Positions 58,645 through 64,000 of a stretch of DNA of 64,000 bases are shown one piece after another. This DNA comes from Squalus acanthias (Eukaryota), in contig CM059433.1 in the NCBI GenBank assembly GCA_030390025.1, forward strand, positions 26,352,001 through 26,416,000. Direction: 5' to 3'. Below the pieces are notes generated by a model. It searched no databases, was not told the DNA's origin, and was given only the letters and a program-made list of their open reading frames with translations. The stretch's first letter is position 1, and every line of letters starts with the position of its first letter. The position numbers and the translations under genes were made by a program.

Positions 58645-60550
58645 TCACTTTCTTGCTGCTCCTGTCTCGACGCCTTTGGCGGGTGTCCTCTGGGGTTGCA
58701 AACCTGTGAGGGCTTGGCAACAGTCTGCTGCTCCTACGGCTTTTTCAGGGGCTGAAACGCCGATCTCAGTTGGGTGAGGGCTCTGGTGGGGCTCTAACCG
58801 AGGGCTTTGCAGTGGCATGGTCGTGTGAGCGCTTGGAGAGGAGCCCCCACTTCCTTGTTCTCTGCCACTAAAATCCCTCTCATGGGTCAGCCCCACTTCA
58901 GAGCTAGCAAATGGCTTGACAGCACCTTGCTGCACTTCAGGGGGGCCATGAGGACCCGTTTCTGCACTGGAAGTCCTACTCCAGAGGACTTCCATGAAGG
59001 TCTGGTTTCTCTGCTCAATAGCTGACCATCGCTCCACAAGAGATGTCAGTCTATTCTGAACAATGACCATGTTTTCAAGACCCTGGCGACTAAGCTTCTC
59101 CATGGCCGGAGCCATCCTCTCCTCTACCGTAGCCATCCTCTCCTCTACGGTAGCCAGCCTTACCACGGAGTTAGCCATCCTTTCCACGGAGGTTGCCATC
59201 CTTTCCGCGGTGATGCGTTCATGCACCAGTGCCTCCACAAAAGCTCTGCTCATGTTCGCGATGGACTCCTCCATTCGCTGCACACTCGCAGCGACCCTGG
59301 AGACAAAACCTGCCAGAGACTCCTGCACCTGTTCCTGGAGTTCCAGCACTGCTCTCCTTCTGGATGGACCCGGAGGCACAGGGTCGACATGCAGCTGAGC
59401 CGAGCTGGCAGAGTCCTGCGCCCTCTGACGAGGACTCTTCACTGCTGTCCCTGTCTCCACCATCTGTTGATGCTCACTTGGGAGCTGTGATACACTAGGT
59501 GCCAACACTACTCTATCTCGTGAAGGTCCCACCGAGGTCTGAGTGTCTACGCTGGTGCTTTGTGCGTTGAATTCTGCTGATGCTGCACCCTCAGAGGTTG
59601 CAGCTTCCTCTGAGGAGTCTGGAAGCTCAGGCTCTTCCTCCTGGACAGTGGGAATGGGGGCTTTCGATTGTCCTGTGGGGGAGTAATTGAAAGAGTTAGA
59701 GATGTGAGGTTAAGGTTACATGCACATTGAATAGTGCAGATGATCATAAGTCAATCTGTTAGAGCATCAGATTCATTATCAGTGATTCATGCAATGTCAA
59801 TGAGAGAGATGCCAAACTATTCTGTCACCGGCTTGCTGTAATGCGCCCGTCTGTCCGTCCCCCACTTGGGAATTCTCCTCGATCCTGGTGATTTCCAGGG
59901 CCGCCTCCTCCCAGGCCGTGAGCTGGGCTACTGAGGGTGGCCCTCCTCCTGTCATGGCTCTTTCCCTCTTATTGTGGGCTCTCTTTTCCTGCAATGAGGG
60001 ACACAAGTGGAGTTTGAGTGAGAATGAAGGAGTGAGTGTAGAGAATGCATACCATAGATGCTTAGAAGGAGACAAAGGGCCCTCCCTGTGTGTTGTAAGT
60101 TGTTGTTGTTGTTGCATCACAGTGATAGGGAGTTTGAGGGCTACATGGTCGAATAGTTAAGTGAATGTGACCATAGAGAAAGAGGCAATGGGTAAGAGTG
60201 CAGGAATGTAAGTGTCAAGTGGGATGTGGAGGAAGAGGTTAGCAAAGCAGAGTGCTGGTGAGAAGAGGCGATGGGGATCAGATTGAGGGAGATGGGAAAG
60301 TCGTACTCACTTTTCCGGTGTGGAGAAGGTCATGAAACCTCTTCCTGCACTGTAGCCAGGTTCTGCGGCTCATCAATATGGAGTTGACTTCCTGGGCCAC
60401 TTGCAGCCACACAGCTTTAGTCTACTGGGGTGGCTTTTTTCTCCCTGAGGAAGGGAAGAGCACCTCCTTATTCGATCTTGCTCCCTCCACCAGAGCTTGG
60501 AGGGAGGCCTCATTGAAGCGTGGAGCACACTTTTGCCTGCTGGTGGACAT
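58645..60550 (-). pseudogene. Harbinger Myb/SANT-like gene (3 exons) with an in-frame TAG in exon 1
   Basis: Exon 1 60550-60311 MSTSRQKCAPRFNEASL...PPQ*TKAVWLQVAQEV...WLQCRKRFHDL; exon 2 EKRAHNKRERAMTGGGP; coiled-coil-like exon 3. Confidence 0.82.
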
Positions 60551-61344
60551 AGTGGATCAATTAATTCCTTACTACAATCACCATAAAGTTTGCAGTCTCC
60601 AGAAGAAGCAAGGCTGCTTGCAGGCCTTAAATCCAGCAGCATTGATGACGTCATCGGAGGTGACTTTGTATATGAAAAGACTCATTGGGCCAGGGGTTCC
60701 CACACACTGGAAATCAATTGCCCAATTCGGGGAAAATCGCACTTTTTCCCCACTTCACTTCAGAGTCGGGGTCCTGACACGAATGCCACCTGACACGCCC
60801 CAGCCCGCCCACACTGGCAAAATCGAGCCCTATGAGTCTCTGCCAGGAAAGAGCCCACATAATCCATGGCATTGTTTGCCACTAAGCTGTACACATGGTT
60901 TCGAGCCTGTGGCATGGTTCTTGCACTGTTGAAACCAAAGGAATGCCATCTGTGGAATACAACTGGCCTGGATTGAATAATGTGGATTAGGAATGTTAAA
61001 ATGATATCCTGGAGTGTTTAGCCACTTACTATGGAGAGAATTTTAAAGTTTGCTCTTTTTGGATGATTTATTATCAGTTCTTCGTCTACCTCAAGAGCTT
61101 AATTATCAGCACCTGCGAGGGATACAAAGGACAACTTGTGCATCAGGGCTTTCTCGTCATCAGAATATCAGCTGACATCAAAAACTCACAGCTCTGTATA
61201 CACTTCATCCCATTACCAGCCTGGACTGGGCAACTCTCCTCCATCCCCTCCGTCCCTTACAGGCTCCTCTGTGTCACTGTCCAGGAGTTACAGAGCTTGC
61301 TTCCTCATTTGTCTGTTGAGGGGCCTGATGCTGGCCATTCTCCC

Positions 61345-62065
61345 ATAGGAACAGGAGGATGCCGTTCAGCCCCTCGAGCCTCCTCCACCATTCAATTAGA
61401 TCTTGGCTGATCTGTACCTCAACTCCATTCACCTGCCTTAGCTCCTTCGCCATTGATACCCTTACCTAACAAAAATCTATTGATCTCAGACTTGAAAGCT
61501 CCAATTGTCAGAGTATCCACAGTCTTTTTGGGGAGAGAATTCCAGATTTCTACTACTCTTTGTGTAAAAATTGCTTCCTGATTTCCCTCCTAAATGGCCT
61601 GGATCTAATTTTAAGATAACGTTCTCTTGTTCTGGATTCCCCCACCAGAGAAAATAGTTTATCTGTATCTACCCTATTGAATCCTTTTAAGATTTTGAAC
61701 ACCTTGATCAGATCACCCCTAAATCTTCTATACTCAAGGGACTACTAGCCAAGTTTATGCAACCTGTCTTCATAATTTAATCCTCTAAGCCCCACTATCA
61801 TTCTGGTGAATCTGCGCTGTACCCCCTCCAAGGCCAATATATCCTTCCTGAGGTGCGGTGTCCAAAACTGAACGCAGTGCTCCAGATGGGGTCTGCTCAA
61901 GGCTCCATACAACTGAAGCATAACTTCCTCCCCTTTGTAATCCAGCCTCCTTGAAATAAAGAAAAAGGCTGTGGATGCTGGGGGACAATTGGAGCTTTTA
62001 AGAGTGAAATCGATAGATTTTTGTTAGGTAAGGGTATCAAGGGATATGGGGCTAAGGCAGGTGGA
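61345..62065 (-). mobile_element. CR1 3' fragment, with a short opposite-strand piece at about 61965-62065
   Basis: CR1 3' UTR and ORF2-end sequence. Confidence 0.82.
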
Positions 62066-64000
62066 AACACATTGCAAATTAGTCTGTGTAAAGCCAAAGG
62101 AGAAACATATGCAGAACAAGAGGCAAAGGGCAGTCCCAGAAGCTCTCAACGATGCCTAAGAGAACCCATGTTTTCAGGGCAGCACTTTATAGGGAGACCA
62201 GAAATGAAAGGGAGGGAAAAGGAGATGGAGTGTTCCTGTGCCTAGGCTCGTGTTATGGTGCCGTAGCCCATCGCCTTGTGGGTTTCAGCTGAACATTCAC
62301 ACCACCGATCTGCAGACTCCATCGCCATTGCACCGATGACAAATTGAAAGGTGACACAGGCTAAAATTCAAAGATTGTAGTGATGCAGGACCCACAAAAC
62401 ACACAACTAGCACAGCATGAATGACATGAATTTTGCTGATGCAAGATCCCCAAACCAAACACAGGGGTTTTGTCGAATCCCTAGTCTAATCTGTAGGCTT
62501 TCAGATTCAGCTGAGCAATTGGCATTTTTTCGTTCTATGTTTTATTATATTAAAAAATCAATAACATTCTGCATGGATATTGTCAAAGATGTTTAACAGA
62601 AAAGATCGATTTAAGTTGGAAATAGTGCAGGGCTATTTACAAACCAAAATCTTTAATAAGCCATCTATGCTCCAGTAAAACATAGCAGTCAAAGGAAGAT
62701 TGTGCTCAATCATAGTCTGCAAGAATACTCATCTCTTGTTTTTCCCTTTCAGTAAGTCTCAGTGATTCTCTGGGTAGCACTTAGCTTTCATGAAAAAAAT
62801 CCTTTAGATTGTAAAACTACTGCATACAGTAATAAGTATGGTATGAGTAAAGAACCAGACGTTGGATCCAGCTAATTAATCCACGTTTTACACAATGGAA
62901 TTTAAAGCTAGGTCAGCACGTTCGTTTAAAAAAAATAAAAAGTAGCATTACTGTTACATGGTTTATTTAAAGATTACATATGATTTAAGAACCTTTAGTG
63001 TTAGAAATCTCCAGAATGCCGTGGTGGAGTCATGATCTCACCATGGCGTGATATGATTTGGTTTTGCCACTGCTGTTCCCCACATAGTGAGTTCCTAATC
63101 ACAGCCAAGCGGCCTAGGGAGGTAGCAGTTGGAGGTAAGACACTTAATGAGGGAGGTTCTCAAAGGGCATCAATCTGCACCTCTCATGCGCACTTTTTGG
63201 CAGGCCATTCAAGAGTGACATTGGCAAGAGCTGAGGATCAGCTTCCTGCAATCCTCGTGGTCAGGAAATGAAATGTTATCCAAGAGGGACTGAAAAGGTC
63301 AAGAAGAAAATAACTTACAAAACATTGAAAGGAAAATGAAAGAAACATGCTTGAAATTATTTTTACAGATGTTACATGACGAAAACTTGTGCTTATTTTG
63401 AAGGGTCTAAAGGACATTCTTTATGTTAATCATTGTATAATAAAGGATAGAATTATACCAGTCAGACTAATGGTTTCAGATCAGAGTCCGACTTCCTGTA
63501 AAGAATGCCGTTTTACTGTATTTTTTGTTGGTAATGCTGTATGTGAACTTCAGTAACATCGAATTGTTCAGATATTTTCATCTAAGATCACAATATAACA
63601 ATATACAACTTGCTGCTCCTCAAATTAAGATTCCATACTTCAAGGGTTCAGAGAATTACTCAGGTTTGATGCTGGTCTGTGCTGAGTTAGCTAATCTCAG
63701 GCAGGACAGCAGTAGAAGTTCTAATACTAGCCTCAGCATTGCCGGATTAGAAAGTGGAAAACTGGCCGAGGTTCCTGATTGCCTATCCAGTGACTGTTGC
63801 TGCAAGTGCACGCACGGGAAAGTCAGGTGAGGGCAGGAGTGGGCTTGGCAGTGAATCCCTACAAAAATCGATTAGCCTGCCAACACTCACTGCCAAGTCA
63901 CAACCATGAATAATAAGCTACTGGAGTGCAACTGGCTCTGATAATTTACCCCAGCAAAGAGTCAATGATATCAGAAGAGAAAGGGAAAGGAGAACATTTG

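Larger units (their letters stand above)
44642..60830. mobile_element. Non-autonomous Harbinger element hosting the provirus
   Basis: Perfect 17-bp TIR GGGCTCGATTTTGCCAG at both ends; TSD TAT; Myb gene at right; no transposase core seen. Confidence 0.9.

Overview
Repeat-rich vertebrate genomic DNA, most likely from a shark or ray. This host assignment is inferred from an HE1/V-SINE-type tRNA SINE with a CR1 tail, many CR1/L2 fragments and Penelope termini. The only host gene recognised is the 5' part of hmgcll1 (HMG-CoA lyase-like 1): three minus-strand coding exons at 17093-16995, 14214-14137 and 12336-12229. The stand-out feature is a complete, very young 12.9-kb provirus (45381-58300, minus strand) with 1722-bp near-identical LTRs, a CATG target-site duplication (TSD) and open gag, pol and env. 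Its Pol has a degenerate RNase H tether plus a second, retrovirus-type RNase H, and follows Gag in frame across a UGA-CUAG readthrough signal. Gag carries overlapping PSAP/PPxY late domains. Env resembles a paramyxo/pneumovirus F-type class I fusogen with an extra N-terminal Ig-like domain. This is consistent with a lokiretrovirus-like element (inferred from motifs by eye; no database search was run). The provirus is nested in a PIF/Harbinger transposon. At least five more Harbingers and two MITEs are present. One Harbinger (39847-44400) appears intact, with two open genes, and carries a 193-bp-arm Penelope-derived palindrome with hammerhead-ribozyme cores in an intron.
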